A DNA stretch of 61,984 nucleotides, taken from contig NC_068990.1 in NCBI RefSeq assembly GCF_001194135.2, positions 23,280,351 through 23,342,334 on the forward strand, given 5' to 3'. The stretch's first letter is position 1. Each line of letters begins with the position of its first letter. Source of the DNA: Octopus bimaculoides. Its lineage: Eukaryota. Below the pieces are notes generated by a model. That model did not search any database, had not been told where the DNA came from, and worked only from the letters and a program-made list of their open reading frames with translations. Positions 1-13,622 of this stretch are shown one piece after another. The translations under genes were made by a program, and so were the position numbers.

Positions 1-958
1 TATATATACATATATATATATATATATATACATACATACATGTCTGTGTGTCTGTGTGTATCTGTGTGTATTTGTGTGCCTGTGTGCTTGTGTGTCTGTG
101 TTTGTCCCCCAACCGTCGTTTGACAACCGATATTGGTGTGCTTACGTCTCCGTAACTTCGCGGTTCAGCAACAGTGGCTGATAGAATAAGTACCAAGCTC
201 TTACAAAGAATAAATCCTGCGGTCGATTTGTTCGACTAAAGGCAGTGCTCCAGCATGGCCACAGTCAAATGACTGAAACAAGTCAAACAATAAAAGAATA
301 TATGTGTGTGTATATATTTATGTTTGTATGTATATATATATATATATATATAGATATAGATATTTACGTAAATATATATATATAAATATCCATACATTGA
401 TACATACATACACACTGTTACATATCTATATCTATATGTATATATATATAATATCATATTATATATATATGTCTATTCGTAAGTGTACATGTGCTGATAG
501 TTGTTTTATTATTATTACCTCCCCTTGTTCTCAATTTTCAAATATCATTTTCCTCCTACGCTCACCACCCTCATCTATCTACCACTAACACTTGCAACCA
601 TTCCGTCTTCCTTTAATGCTAGAACATTTTTTCACCTCACTACCATTAATCCTAATGCATCTATCCTGCCACACCAGTAAACATTTCATCTCTTTATAAC
701 TAAACTAAGTGTTCAGCATGAAACATTTCCTGTTCCTCTTCTCAGCATATAATTTATTCCGCTCTTTGAACACGTTGGTACACTAATTACTGACATACAC
801 CGTCACTAGTTGCCCGGATTTTGCTGTTCTTATTTATAGCTTTATAGCATTTTTGTTACGTTATATTGTATTTGTAGTTCCATTTTGAGGTTGGCTGTGC
901 ACTAATTACGTGTAGCAAAGAATTAGAACATGTATATAATATGCAACATGTATGTATA

Positions 959-997
<39 letters not shown>

Positions 998-1873
998 NNN
1001 NNNNNNNNNNNNNNNNNNNNNNNNNNNNNNNNNNNNNNNNNNNNNNNNNNNNNNNNNNNNNNNNNNNNNNNNNNNNNNNNNNNNNNNNNNNNNNNNNNNN
1101 NNNNNNNNNNNNNNNNNNNNNNNNNNNNNNNNNNNNNNNNNNNNNNNNNNNNNNNNNNNNNNNNNNNNNNNNNNNNNNNNNNNNNNNNNNNNNNNNNNNN
1201 NNNNNNNNNNNNNNNNNNNNNNNNNNNNNNNNNNNNNNNNNNNNNNNNNNNNNNNNNNNNNNNNNNNNNNNNNNNNNNNNNNNNNNNNNNNNNNNNNNNN
1301 NNNNNNNNNNNNNNNNNNNNNNNNNNNNNNNNNNNNNNNNNNNNNNNNNNNNNNNNNNNNNNNNNNNNNNNNNNNNNNNNNNNNNNNNNNNNNNNNNNNN
1401 NNNNNNNNNNNNNNNNNNNNNNNNNNNNNNNNNNNNNNNNNNNNNNNNNNNNNNNNNNNNNNNNNNNNNNNNNNNNNNNNNNNNNNNNNNNNNNNNNNNN
1501 NNNNNNNNNNNNNNNNNNNNNNNNNNNNNNNNNNNNNNNNNNNNNNNNNNNNNNNNNNNNNNNNNNNNNNNNNNNNNNNNNNNNNNNNNNNNNNNNNNNN
1601 NNNNNNNNNNNNNNNNNNNNNNNNNNNNNNNNNNNNNNNNNNNNNNNNNNNNNNNNNCTTCCTGTTTCTGTTGTACCTGTAATTCAAAGGGTCAGCCTTG
1701 TCACACTGTGTCACGCTGAATATCCCCGAGAACTACGTTAAGGGTACACGTGTCTGTGGAGTGCTCAGCCACTTTCACGTTAATTTCACGAGCAGGCTGT
1801 TCCATTGATCGGATCAACTGGAACCCTCGACGTCGTAAGCGACGGAGTGCCAACAAATATATATATGAAATGG

Positions 1874-1912
<39 letters not shown>

Positions 1913-2539
1913 CCGCATTACGGTAGATTCTGATTTAAATCTTGCGGTCAGTATCTGCGTCTTCTAGAATCGATAATATCAATACCAATCGATATAAATA
2001 ATCGACTATTCACCCACTCCACTGAACATAAATCGACAGGATCGACTACCCGTTGGTGCACACGTCTGATGACCGATAATAAATAACGGACTTTATCCGA
2101 ACCAATGCGTACAGAGAGAATAGTAGTACTGCACTGAAAAATGGATGAGAGCGTTTACCTTTCTCTCAGAAGATTTGATATATAAATATATTTAGTCATG
2201 CCATAAAGAAAGTTTAAACTAAAGTTAATGCGAATTCACGACTAGGGATTATCGTGTTTACGAAACTCCAGAGGAGAGTCTGTTTTTGACAGGTATACTC
2301 TAAATCATATTGTCTGTGTTTTAGAAGCTGAGATCTTATTTAGATCGTTATGTACATAGTGGGCAGACATTTTCACAAACATCGCTATTTACATAATGTG
2401 CAGACATCTTTAGAATGATCGAAAAACGAGATAAAATTTATATATTTCAGTACACAGCATGTCACCGGCTTGAATTATAATCAGAAATAATCTCCGTAGA
2501 AAGACTAAATATGCGTATTATATCTAATACATATCTAAG

Positions 2540-2775
2540 TATGGCTTTGTATGTGTGTGTGTGTATGTATGTATTTGAACGTCGTCTATGTGTATATGTC
2601 TGTGTATATATATCTTGCTTTCCATGTATCTATCTATGCATCTGTCTGTTTGTCTGGTTATCTGCCTGTCTCTCTCTTTCAATCTATTTCTCTCTCTCTC
2701 TCTCTCTCTCCCTATATATATATATATATATATATACATACATATATGCGCACGCGGGTGGGAGAGAGACAGAGA

Positions 2776-2830
<55 letters not shown>

Positions 2831-3109
2831 TGTGTGTGTGTGCGTGCGTGTGTGTGTGTCTGTGTGTGTAATCGCACTGTTTCTGTTTTTGCAGATAAGA
2901 ATTTATAATACACCATGCTGCACATTTATATGTATGTATATATGAATATGGATGTTATTTGCAGACAGACAGACAGACATATACACACACACACACACAC
3001 ATACACACATACGCATACACGCGCACACACAGAGAGGAAGAGAAAGATTAAGAGTCAGAGATGCAGACACCTACGCAGACAAACATATATATATATGTAT
3101 ATACATATG

Positions 3110-3148
<39 letters not shown>

Positions 3149-3200
3149 TTATAAATATACATACATACAGACATATATATATATATATATATGGACAGAT
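2540..3200. repeat. Compound microsatellite field (TA, CT, GT, CA)
   Basis: Directly visible. Similar fields occur at 1-60, 300-470, 930-997, 4056-4146 (TACA), 27300-27458 and 38202-38255 (CGCA). Confidence 0.95.
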
Positions 3201-3778
3201 AAAGAGAGAATCAGATAAAGATATATACCAATAAACATGCAGGCAGATAGACAACAAATTTACAAATGTACAGACATTTCTTCCCCTATTTATATATATA
3301 GACAGATAAGACATAATACCTATTTTTAAACACATTTAGACTTCCTGAGAAGATTATTTTCGATAATACTTCCTGCTGTGTGTTGAAAATGTACATTTTT
3401 TTCTCTCAGCGTTGTTTATTAAAATGTCTGCATTGATTGTGTACATCATGATGTTTATAAGATCTTAACTGTAAAAACAGAGGCATTTTGACTAGTTATA
3501 TATAGTCAATTGCAAAAAAAAAAAAGAAACAAAGAGAAAAAGAAAAAGGAGGAATCAAACGAACGTGTGGACGTGGTACAAGCAATGTACTAATAGGACG
3601 CTCAGAGAAGGAAAAAGAGTAGTAGTTTCGAGCTTGGCTCTTCTTTGGAAACAGGAAAAAACGGAAAGTCTAAGACGAAAGAAGGACAAAAATTGCCAAC
3701 AATCACATGTGGTTACATTATATATGTTACGGGGAAGTAAGTACACCAACATCGGCTGTCAAACGATGTAGAGTAACT

Positions 3779-3816
<38 letters not shown>

Positions 3817-5744
3817 NNNNNNNNNNNNNNNNNNNNNNNNNNNNNNNNNNNNNNNNNNNNNNNNNNNNNNNNNNNNNNNNNNNNNNNNNNNNNNNNNNNN
3901 NNNNNNNNNNNNNNNNNNNNTATATACGGCGGGCTGCTTTCAGTTTCCGTCTATCAAATCAACTCACAAAGCCTTGTTCGACTTTCAGTGGGACTGAATC
4001 CGGAACCATGTGGTTGGTAAGCAAGCTTCTTACCACAGAATCATGCCTGCACTACATACATACATGCATACATACATACATACATACATACCATACATAC
4101 ATACATACATACACACATACATACATACATACATACATACATACATACGACGTGCTTCTTTCAGTTTCCGTCTGCCAAATCCACTCACAAGGCTTTGATC
4201 GGTCCGACGCTATAGTAGAAGACACTTGCCCAAGGTGCAACGCAGTGGGAGTGAACCCGGAACCATGCTACTTACCACACAGCCACTCCTGCGCCATATT
4301 AAGAACCCTGCAATTTTATCTTTATTTTTCTTTTGTTTGTTTCAGTTATTGGATTACAGTCATTCTGTAGCATCACCATGAAGCGTTTTAGTCGAACAAA
4401 TCGAATCCAGCTCTTTGCGGGATATTTTTTTTTGTTTGTTTTGTATAAATCTAGTAATTCTTATATCGGTTTCTTTTCCCGAAAAATGCTGAATTACGAG
4501 GACATTAACGAAGGTAGACCGCTTGTCATATGGTGATTGGATACAAACAAAAGCTCAAACGTGCACACGCTTACTACACATACAAACACATGCAAATTCA
4601 CTGCTACATTCACACAATAAATAAACAAATAAATATGTGTGTGTGTATACATATAAATATATACACTTTATCTGTGGGTTAACAAGGCTACCAATGGTTT
4701 CGCGTAATGAGATATTTTACAATTGTTCAAGCGCACCACATAGTAGCGTCGGTACTCGTCTCAATCATGGATGCGAATACGATATTAGCATATAATACAT
4801 AAATATATATAAGTATATGTATATATGTGCGTGTGTGTGTGTATGTGTGTGCATGTACGTACTATGTATGTATGTATATGACGAGCTTCTACACAGTTTT
4901 ATTTTTCTGTCTATGAAATTCACCAATAAGGCATTGGTAATTCCCAGTGTGCTATAGTAGAAGAAACCCAATCTAATGTACAGTGAGACTGAATCCAACC
5001 GAATCCATATGGCTTCTAATCGAGCTTCTTATCCGCTCAGCCGTATCTGCGACTTGTATACTAATACGAAATATGTCATAAAACGTATAACCAAAACATA
5101 TGAAACGATATCTGAAAGTAGATTTCTTATTGAAGATATTTGTTTTCAAAATTTCCTACTCGTCTTTGTTATCTGTCTCTAAACTTCCCTGGCAGTAATA
5201 AAGCTAAGCTCTTCATCTATAATAAAATCACTGTACATCAATGACAGCGCAAAATAAAAGAATAAACAACCAACGATTTCAAACGTTCTGTTTATGTTGC
5301 AATATATATTTTTCAACGAATAGAACAGTAGAGGCCATTTTACATTCAACGCTAAATACATTGTGATGTGGTTTTATTGTTTTTACTGTCTCTCGAAGCA
5401 ATTAGAATGAAGCTAAAAACAACTTAATATAGCATCATGAAATTACAGCAATGACGGAGACTGTAGCTACTGTAAATTTCTTCTACATTTATTTTCTTTA
5501 ACATGCTTCAGTCATTGGACAGTGGCAATGCTGGGGTACTGCCCGGAAGGGTTTTAGACCTTCAAAACAAATCAACACCAGTACTTACTTTCTACATGTC
5601 TGATACGTATTCTGTTGGTATCTTTTGTCGAACCGGTAAGTTACTGAGAATACAAACAAACCAGCACCGATTGCCAAGCGATACAAGATTAGTCTCAAGT
5701 ACAAACACACACATAAACATACATACGTATATATGTATATGTAT

Positions 5745-5966
5745 TTACACGTGTTTCATTTTCTAATAGGAATTACAATTTTTTTTTTATTTTGCATGTT
5801 AGGTAGACATGTAAGAAATTTCGTATTAGAAATTTTTCAGACAAAAAAATTAAATAATGTTATTATTTAGCTTCTCTGTCTGAAAAATTTCTAATACGAA
5901 ATTCCTAACATATTTATCTAACATGCAAACCTTTGTAATTCCTATTAGCAAATGAAACTAGTGTAA
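5745..5966. repeat. About 220-bp imperfect palindrome with a 3-nt loop
   Basis: The arms pair around GTT at 5859-5861 and include a long perfect block (AATTTCGTATTAGAAATTTTTCAGACA-type) with its complement. Confidence 0.85.
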
Positions 5967-6631
5967 TGGTAAATGAATACAACCACAAAATTTCTGGTTA
6001 CTTGTTTTATTATACAATACCTCTGTAAATAATATTTCCATAATTCTCGATTTTAATGTGTATTTTGAACTCTCATAGAGGAGCAACTGAGACTACATAC
6101 TGGATTGTAATGATGGAATAAGCAGATATGCTTCAAGAAGAAACAGCTGGGATTTACCCTAACTGCCTACATTACTTATATATATATACAGATATAGGGC
6201 AGAGAAAAAATTGTAGTTTAGAATCAGTAGTTCTTTGACTGCTATTTCTGAATTTTCAGTATGTTGGTGAAGCAACTCATGCTGACCCCTATATATTTAT
6301 GATTATATANNNNNNNNNNACATGCCTGCGTCTATAAAAGCGTTAATTTTAATAGAAATATTTAAAAAGCATTCGAGCATTGTATGTGACAAGTTTATCA
6401 GAGTATGCAAAGTGATGTCAGTAAATGAAAACGATGAGAAAATATATATTACATTCCCTAGCAGAGGTTGTTCAATACTTCTATAATTTTTCAGTTAACA
6501 GTCTCCTTATCAAATAAATGAAAGAAAATATTCAATGAGTTCTGAGTTAAGTGTTGTTACTGGCCGGTCACTCTGATGTGTTATGAATAATTTTGTTTGT
6601 TGATGAAAATATTATAAAATTCTAACATAAA

Positions 6632-7030
6632 ATAGGCGCAGGAGTGGCTGTTTGGTAAGCAGCTTGCTTACCAACCACATGGTTCTAGGTTCAGTCCCAC
6701 TGCGTAGCACCTTGGGCAAAGCCTCGTGAGTGGATTTGGTAGGTGGAAACTGAAAGAAACCCGTCGTATATATGCATATATATATATATATATATGTACG
6801 TGTATGTATATGTCTGTGTGTCTGTGTCCCCCCCCCCAACATCGCTTGTCAAACGATGCTGGTGTGTTTACGTCCCCGTAATCTAGCGGTTCGGCAAAAG
6901 AGCCCGATAGAATAAGTACTAGGCTTACAAAGAATAAGTCCTGGGGTCGATTTGTCCGACTAAAGGCGGTGCTCCAGCAAGGCCGCAGTCAAATGACTGA
7001 AACAAGTAAAAGAGTAAAAAGAGTAAAGAG
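6632..7030 (+). mobile_element. SINE family A (tRNA-derived head, internal microsatellite, (AAAAGAGT)n-like tail), full length
   Basis: A-box/B-box-like head GGAGTGGCTGTTTGGTAAG...GGTTCAGTCCC; near-identical copies occur at 17271, 31485 and 28618-29045 (minus). Confidence 0.85.
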
Positions 7031-7589
7031 TACAAAACTAGTAAAATTCTTTAAGCTTTAGCAGAAACTGTCGTAACCTTTTATAGACATTAAATAATGT
7101 TTGTGTCTTTTATTTATCTGCAATTTCATTTCGCTTTAACATTACTAACGCTGCAATATTGTAATTAATATCATAGATTTTCATGAACTAATATCTACAT
7201 TTTCATGAATTGATAAAGTATCACACAGCGTTAACAGGATAATAATATATATACATAAGTACTTTGTACGCACACCTGTTCATATAATAGAAATCTCATC
7301 TGCTACAAATAATTCAATAATAGTATTTCTAATATCAATACACTTATCTTAACAGAAATTTCAGTCTTTGTGACTACTACTACTACCACTAGCAGCAGCA
7401 CGCCGGGCGAAATGCTTAGCGGCATTTCGTCCGCCTTCACGCTCTGAGTTCAAATCCCGCGGAGGTCGACTTTGTCTTTCATTCTTTCGAGGTCGATTAA
7501 ATAAGTACCAGCTGGACACGTGATCAATGTAATCGGCTTAACTTTCCTCCGAAATTGCTGTCCTTGAGCCAAAATTTGAAGCTATTATT

Positions 7590-7642
7590 ATTATTATTAT
7601 TATTATTGGCCAATAAAACGAATTAATTATTATTATTATTAT

Positions 7643-7706
<64 letters not shown>

Positions 7707-7925
7707 TTCATTTTTATCACGTGCTTTCACTGTATTGAAAGTGTCTCACGTAGAACGTGTGCGGTGCGTAGTAGTGCAATTTTCTGTATGTTATATATAC
7801 TTGTAAGTCCTGGTGTTTTGTTATGTATTTGTCTGAATATATTTTTTATCATACCTAATGCGCCTACTATGATAGGGATTGTTTCTGTTTTTAGGCTCCA
7901 CATTCGAGTTTCTGCCATTAAATAA
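7590..7925 (-). mobile_element. Dong/R4-clade (RLE endonuclease) non-LTR retrotransposon 3' fragment with (CTA)n/(TAA)n tail
   Basis: Minus translation RMWSLKTETIPIIVGALGMIKN...IYNIQKIALLRTAHVLRETLSIQ* matches the C-terminus of RLE-type LINEs and is followed directly by trinucleotide repeats. Confidence 0.75.
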
Positions 7926-10079
7926 GATGTTATCCACTTATATCTCGTTTTCATTTTCACATACATAGCTTTGATTGTATTAACAATGTTCTTTCCTGTT
8001 GTAGTAACCACTCAAAGTTCTATTCATAATAAACCTGATTTTCTTAATATAGCGTATACCATATAATATACCACAATTCCATTGGAAACCATAATTGTGA
8101 CCAAATATTGATTTTTAGTTTACATAGTCTTAAGGCCGTAAAAATATTTATGAAGAAGTCAGTGCGTGTGAAGATCAGCCTTTCTTCAGCTGAAACGTTG
8201 GAATAGCTTAAAGAGAGTTTCGGTTTGTATGTTTTTTCTTCTTTATAATTGAGGTTTAACCCTAGGTTGACCTTGTTTGAGTAATTATATAATCGAAAGT
8301 ATCAATTACTTGATCATCTTGTCTTTTAGATTATTTCGGATTACCTCGTCGAATGGCTTCTAGTTTAAGATAGTGGTGTGTGATACAAAGGAGATTCCAG
8401 ATCTGCTTCTGATAAGTAGACCTTCCAAATATAAGCGGTGGGGTATGAATTAAAATAATTGATTTAGTTTGTGGTACCTAAGAGCAAAGTCGTTAGAGCA
8501 GTGGATAAAATGCCTGAAGTATTTGTTCAGCCTCTCTGTGCACCGACTTAAAGTCGGACGAAATGTTGCTAAGCATTTTCCCCGGCATGCTACACTATAA
8601 TCAGTAATAATTATTTCAGATCTTTGCTATAAGGGCAGCTTGGAGGAGGTAGGATTGAGTCGATTACATCGACTCAAGTGTTCAACTGGTATTTATTTTA
8701 TCGACTTCGAAAGGATGAAAGGCAAAGTCGACTTCGGCGGAATTCGAACTCACAACGTAGCAACGGGCGAAATACCGTTAAGCATTTCGTTCAGTGTGCT
8801 AACGATTCTTATATCTTTATTGCCCACAAGGGGCTAAACATAGAGGAGATAAACAAGGGCAGACAAAGGGGTTAAATCGATTCCATCGACCTTAGTGCGT
8901 AATTGGTACTTAATTTATCGACCCCGACTCGCCGCCTTTCTATAATCAATGATATTGAAGTCAAACCTTACTCCGCTTACGATATTCTTACAAAAAGTGT
9001 TTCAGGTTTACTGATGCCTCGCCTGTAGAGGCGCGTGGCTTAGTGGTTAGGGTGTTGGGCTCGTGGTTGTAAGATTATGGTTTCGATTCCTGGATCGGGT
9101 GATGCGTTGTGTTCTTGAGCAAAACACTTCATTTCACATTGTTCCAGTCCACTCAGTTGGCAGAAAGAATCATTCTGCGACGGACCGGTGGCCCGTCCAA
9201 GTGGGGAACTCATACGCCACAGAAACCGGGAAAACAGTCCTATGAGTCTATTTGACTCGGAAAGAACGTTTATTCAAACCATCTCAATGCGGTGCTCTAG
9301 CATGGCCGCAGTCAAATGACTGAAACAAGTAAAAGAATAAAAGAGTAAACAATCTCCTGCTCTTAGCCTATACAGTTTTGTGAGGTCACCCGTTCGGTTA
9401 ATAGTATAGATTATAGGGCACAGGAGATAAAGCACGTAGTCAAGAGAGAATTGGAAATCGCTATTTAAATTTACACAGCAGCAGCTATTTTGTTCTTTAC
9501 AATGGTTGTTCGTTTGTGCAGTTGACAATAACTGATGAGCAACTGCTATTTATTATCTATCATCAATCATTTATAAGCTGATGTGCCAAAAGCGGCCAAC
9601 TAATGCAATTGAAATAGCCTAGAGGCAGGTAGGTTTTCTTTCGTCGTCTTTATGGTATGCTGGTTTAAGCGATATTATGGTTTAAGATATAGTTGAATGG
9701 CCCTTATTGATCTCCGGTTTCAATTGTGAACAGGAGATATAATTGACACACTCTAGTTGAACTGACGTCAAGGAAGGCTATCTTATATGAAGATAAATAG
9801 AATGGAGCAAAAGAAATGCTAGAACGGCAGATAAAATGATTTTCGATATCGAGTTCTATTAAGGACGGATTATTGGCAGATTCAGATGCACAGCGAGCAA
9901 AATGCTTTTCAATATTTAGTTACACCTTTTTGCGTTGAGAATTTTCACTTTTACCAAACTCAGCTGCACTTGTCAGTTTTCTGGTGTCGAGTAAAAACCA
10001 GGACCCAGTCAGATAGTGAAGTTGACAAAATGAAGTACCAGTTATACGTTGAGGGTGATAAAGTCAACTACTTGTCGAG

Positions 10080-10432
10080 TGCATCATCATCATCATCGTC
10101 ATCGTCATCATCATCGGCATCGTCACTGCCATCATCAGCATCATCATCATCGCCATTATCATCGTCATCATCAGCAAGCGCTGGATACTATTGTACCGAG
10201 TCGATTATTCATGGGTCCGGTCACCCCCGTTTTCATGGCGTATAAGCGGCAGAGACCACAACATTTCCACTGAAATTTTCCACACTCCCACAGAGTTACT
10301 CATTTATAGTTGAGTAAACTGGAGCAATAAAAAATGACGTGTTTTGCTCAAGAACACAGCGAAGAGCCCGCTCTGGGAATCGAAATTACGAGCTTGTGGT
10401 CGTGAGTGCAACACCCGGACCATCAGGACACG
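10080..10432 (-). mobile_element. SINE family D with (TGA)n tail
   Basis: tRNA-like head near 10432 and core TGTGTTCTTGAGCAAAACAC; the (CAT)n run at 10081-10175 is the tail. Other copies lie at 9028-9265, 12985-13075, 29820-29930, 53120-53230 and 55270-55945. Confidence 0.72.
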
Positions 10433-10736
10433 CCAGTACCGGGTTCAATAATATAAAGTACAAGTCCAATACTGTGGTTCATAAAATAAGGAACTGGTTG
10501 TGAACTGATTGGATTGACAATGTACGATACAATTCGGGCACGGGTGGGGGTGGGGTCGATAAAATAAAATACGAACCGAGCATTAAGAACAATAAAATTA
10601 AATACTAGGGATAATGAGATCAATACACAAAAGTTCCAGTCGGATACTAGGGTCAGTATAATCGACTGCACCCTCCACCAAAATAGTCCCTTGTGTCTAT
10701 GTTAGATATCAGTATTTATTTATTTATTTATTGAAG

Positions 10737-10882
10737 TGATTTTAAATTCTTAAACGCAGGATAATGCTAATAATATAGCCTGAACAGGATAAGCTACCCC
10801 TATTTTTGCAGAAAAAAGTGTTGGCGTTATACTGTTCAGGCTATATTATTAGCATTATCCTGCGTTTGAGAATTTAAAATCA
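10737..10882. repeat. 51-bp inverted repeat (1 mismatch) with a 44-nt loop
   Basis: 10737-10787 versus the reverse complement of 10832-10882. Confidence 0.9.
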
Positions 10883-12304
10883 TTTCTTTAACTTACTAAG
10901 AGATCTCAACGCTTCTAAAAGCAAACTTTATTTATTGTTTTGTTTGTAGGCGGCGAGCTAGCAGAGTCGTTAGCACGCCGGATTTCGTCCGTCTTTACGT
11001 TCTGAGTTCAAATTTCGCCGAGGTCGACTTTGCCTTTCATCCTCTCGGGGGTTGATAAAATAAGTATCGGTTGTTCACTGGGGTCGATGTTATCGACTCA
11101 TCCCTTCTCTAAAAAATTGCTCGCCTTGTGCCACAATTTGTAACCAATATTTATTTCAATTATTCAATGCCCGACATTATAGAGAGAAGAACTTAATGTA
11201 TTACTCTAAATAGAAACACCACTTTAGATTCTGAGTTGAGATCCTACTAGAAACGACTTTGTCTATTTCGTTCCAGAATCGATGACATAAGAACAGTCAA
11301 GTAGTGGAATCGAATCAATCGACTTTTGCCACTTTATCTCTTCTCTACCTCTTCTTTAAACTTGCACATAGTAAAACAGCAATTATACTACTCCAGTGTC
11401 TGCTACCAAAATAGCCGGTGATATTTTTTTTTTTTGTTGCTCATTACCTCCCTTGATGAGCTTTGATGAAAGATGTCCAGTGATCAAATATGTTCAAACT
11501 TGTATTCAGATTACACTATCTACAAGTACATTATACTATGTGTGCACCTATTTTAAGGATGATAGGAAGCGGTTAGTGATTTATATATATATTTTTTTTT
11601 TTTGGTAGGTCTATAAAATAAAGTAGCAGTGAAGAACTGAGGTCGATATAATCAACTTTCGTCTTCCCCTCAAAATTGCTAGTCCTGAACACTGCAACAG
11701 ACTGATGATCCCTTCACGAAAATTGTTGTAATCTCGATCAATTAGACGCTAGGGAAACCGGGTGACCAGACTTGTGAGTCCTATGGTTCGAGGCAAAATA
11801 ACTGCAAAAGTTAAGAATTCAACAATATAGAATCTTTTCACCGATTTTCTGAAAAGACTGATGAAGAAACTCGATCAAACATAATCAATGCTTTTTTTTT
11901 TTAAGGTTTGCTATAGACTGTCTATTAATCATTTCTGAATCTTATAATACCTTTGTACTAACGATTTTAAATAAGATTCTATGAAGTACTTAATTATCGA
12001 TTTTTCGCTAAGTTTAAAAACTAAAACGGAAACTGTTTTAGAAAATTGCGTCGTTTTAGATGGTAGAAAATTTCAGTCTTTTATAAAGAGAAAACTTTTG
12101 ATATTTTATATATTTCTATGAACTGATCGGTTGAGAAATTGATTGGTTGTACATTGGCACAAGACCTCGGTTTATGTCACGTCTAAAATCCAAAGTAATT
12201 TCCTATTACTTCGTGGTCTTAAACCCCGAATAACAGGAAATGGCACGTTCACACAATTTGCTCACAACGATGTAAATAATGTGAAACATCTTATTAAGCT
12301 ATCG

Positions 12305-12675
12305 AATCCGAATCTTTTATCTTTTACTTGTTTCAGACATTTAGACTGTGGCCATGCCTTGAGGAATTTTAGTCGGATCAATCGACTGCAATGCTTGCTT
12401 TTGTTTTTAAGCCTGGTATTTATTTTATCCACACAACAAAACCAGTCGTCCAGTTGTGGTAGGGGACAAACACAGACACAAAAACCACACACACATAGAA
12501 ACCTATTCTCTCAATTTCAATCAGGCGTAGTTGTGTGGTAAGAAGCTTCCTTGCTAACCACACAGTTCCGGGTTCAGTTTCATTGCGTGACACCTTGAGC
12601 AAGTGTCTTCTACTATAGCCTTGGGCTGACCAAAGCCTTGTGACTGGATTTCGTGGACCCAAACTGAAAGAAGCA

Positions 12676-12735
<60 letters not shown>

Positions 12736-12905
12736 ATATCTATGTGTGTATCTTTGTGTCTATGTTTGTTTCCTCATCACCGCTTGACAACCGGTGTTGG
12801 TGTGCTTGTGTCAGCGTGACTTAGAGGTTTGGCAAAAAACCGATTGAATAAGTGTTAGAGTTAGGAGATAACTCCTGGGATCGATTTGCCCGACCCTAAA
12901 TCCTT
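12305..12905. mobile_element. Two family A SINEs head-to-head (minus-strand 3' half at 12305-12500, plus-strand copy at 12522-12905)
   Basis: Recognisable tail and head motifs on opposite strands. Confidence 0.7.
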
Positions 12906-13257
12906 CAAGTAAATTAATCATATGGAACCTGTTTGAGATTTGTATTTCTAAAATTCCAAATGAAACCAGTCATTCTAAATAAAGTGAAATAGTGTCTTGC
13001 TCAAGGACACAACCGCCAGGTATCGAAACCATGACCTTACGATCATGAGAGGAATACCATAACCACGCGCCTTCACTAAGTCAGAAACTATTATTCGTAT
13101 ATAATAAAAAAAAAAAAGCAGTGAGTTGGCAGAATGTTCTGGCTTTTTACGTTCTCAGTTCAAATCCTGCCAAATCCAATATTTCCTTTCAATTGTTTCG
13201 GGATCGCTGCAATCAACAAACCCCCACCCTCAATATAACTGTCTTGTTCTTAAAGTA

Positions 13258-13622
13258 TATATTTTATCTTTTACTTGTTTCAGTCGTTTGACTGTGGCCA
13301 AGCTTGGGCACCGTCTTGAATGCTTTTAGTCGAAAAAATAGACACCAGAACTTATTTCTTTTTAAGCCTAGTACATATTCTATCGGTCTCTTTTCCCGGA
13401 CAGCTAGGTTATGAGGACTTAAACACACCACCACTGATTATCAAGTGGTGGTGGGGGACGGAACACAGACACAGAGACACACACTCATATATCTGTCTAC
13501 CAAATATACTCACAACGCTATAGCAGAAGACACTTGCCAAAGATACCACGCAGTGGAATTGAACCCGGATCTATGTAGTTGAGAAGCAAGCTTCTAACCA
13601 CACAGCCATGCCTGCGCCTATA
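13258..13622 (-). mobile_element. SINE family A, diverged
   Basis: Family A tail and head motifs in reverse. Further partial copies lie at 40-300, 3925-4298, 33900-34495, 36895-37245 and 38035-38300. Confidence 0.75.

Noticed and set aside
923-1741. Long ORFs of 200-400 aa in the track (also at 22.6-23.4, 24.4-25.2, 27.3-28.5, 48.3-49.2 and 56.5-57.2 kb)
   Set aside because: They are runs of X across N-gaps plus microsatellite translations.
2511-3335. YI/CV/HT-repeat ORFs
   Set aside because: Translations of (TA)n, (GT)n and (CA)n microsatellites.
8168-8200. GTGAAGATCAGC...GCTGAAACGTTGG hammerhead-like motif
   Set aside because: The core C is missing and there is no stem I partner; at best a dead relic.
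9886-10273. Poly-Ser and poly-His ORFs
   Set aside because: They come from the (CAT)n tail of a family D SINE.
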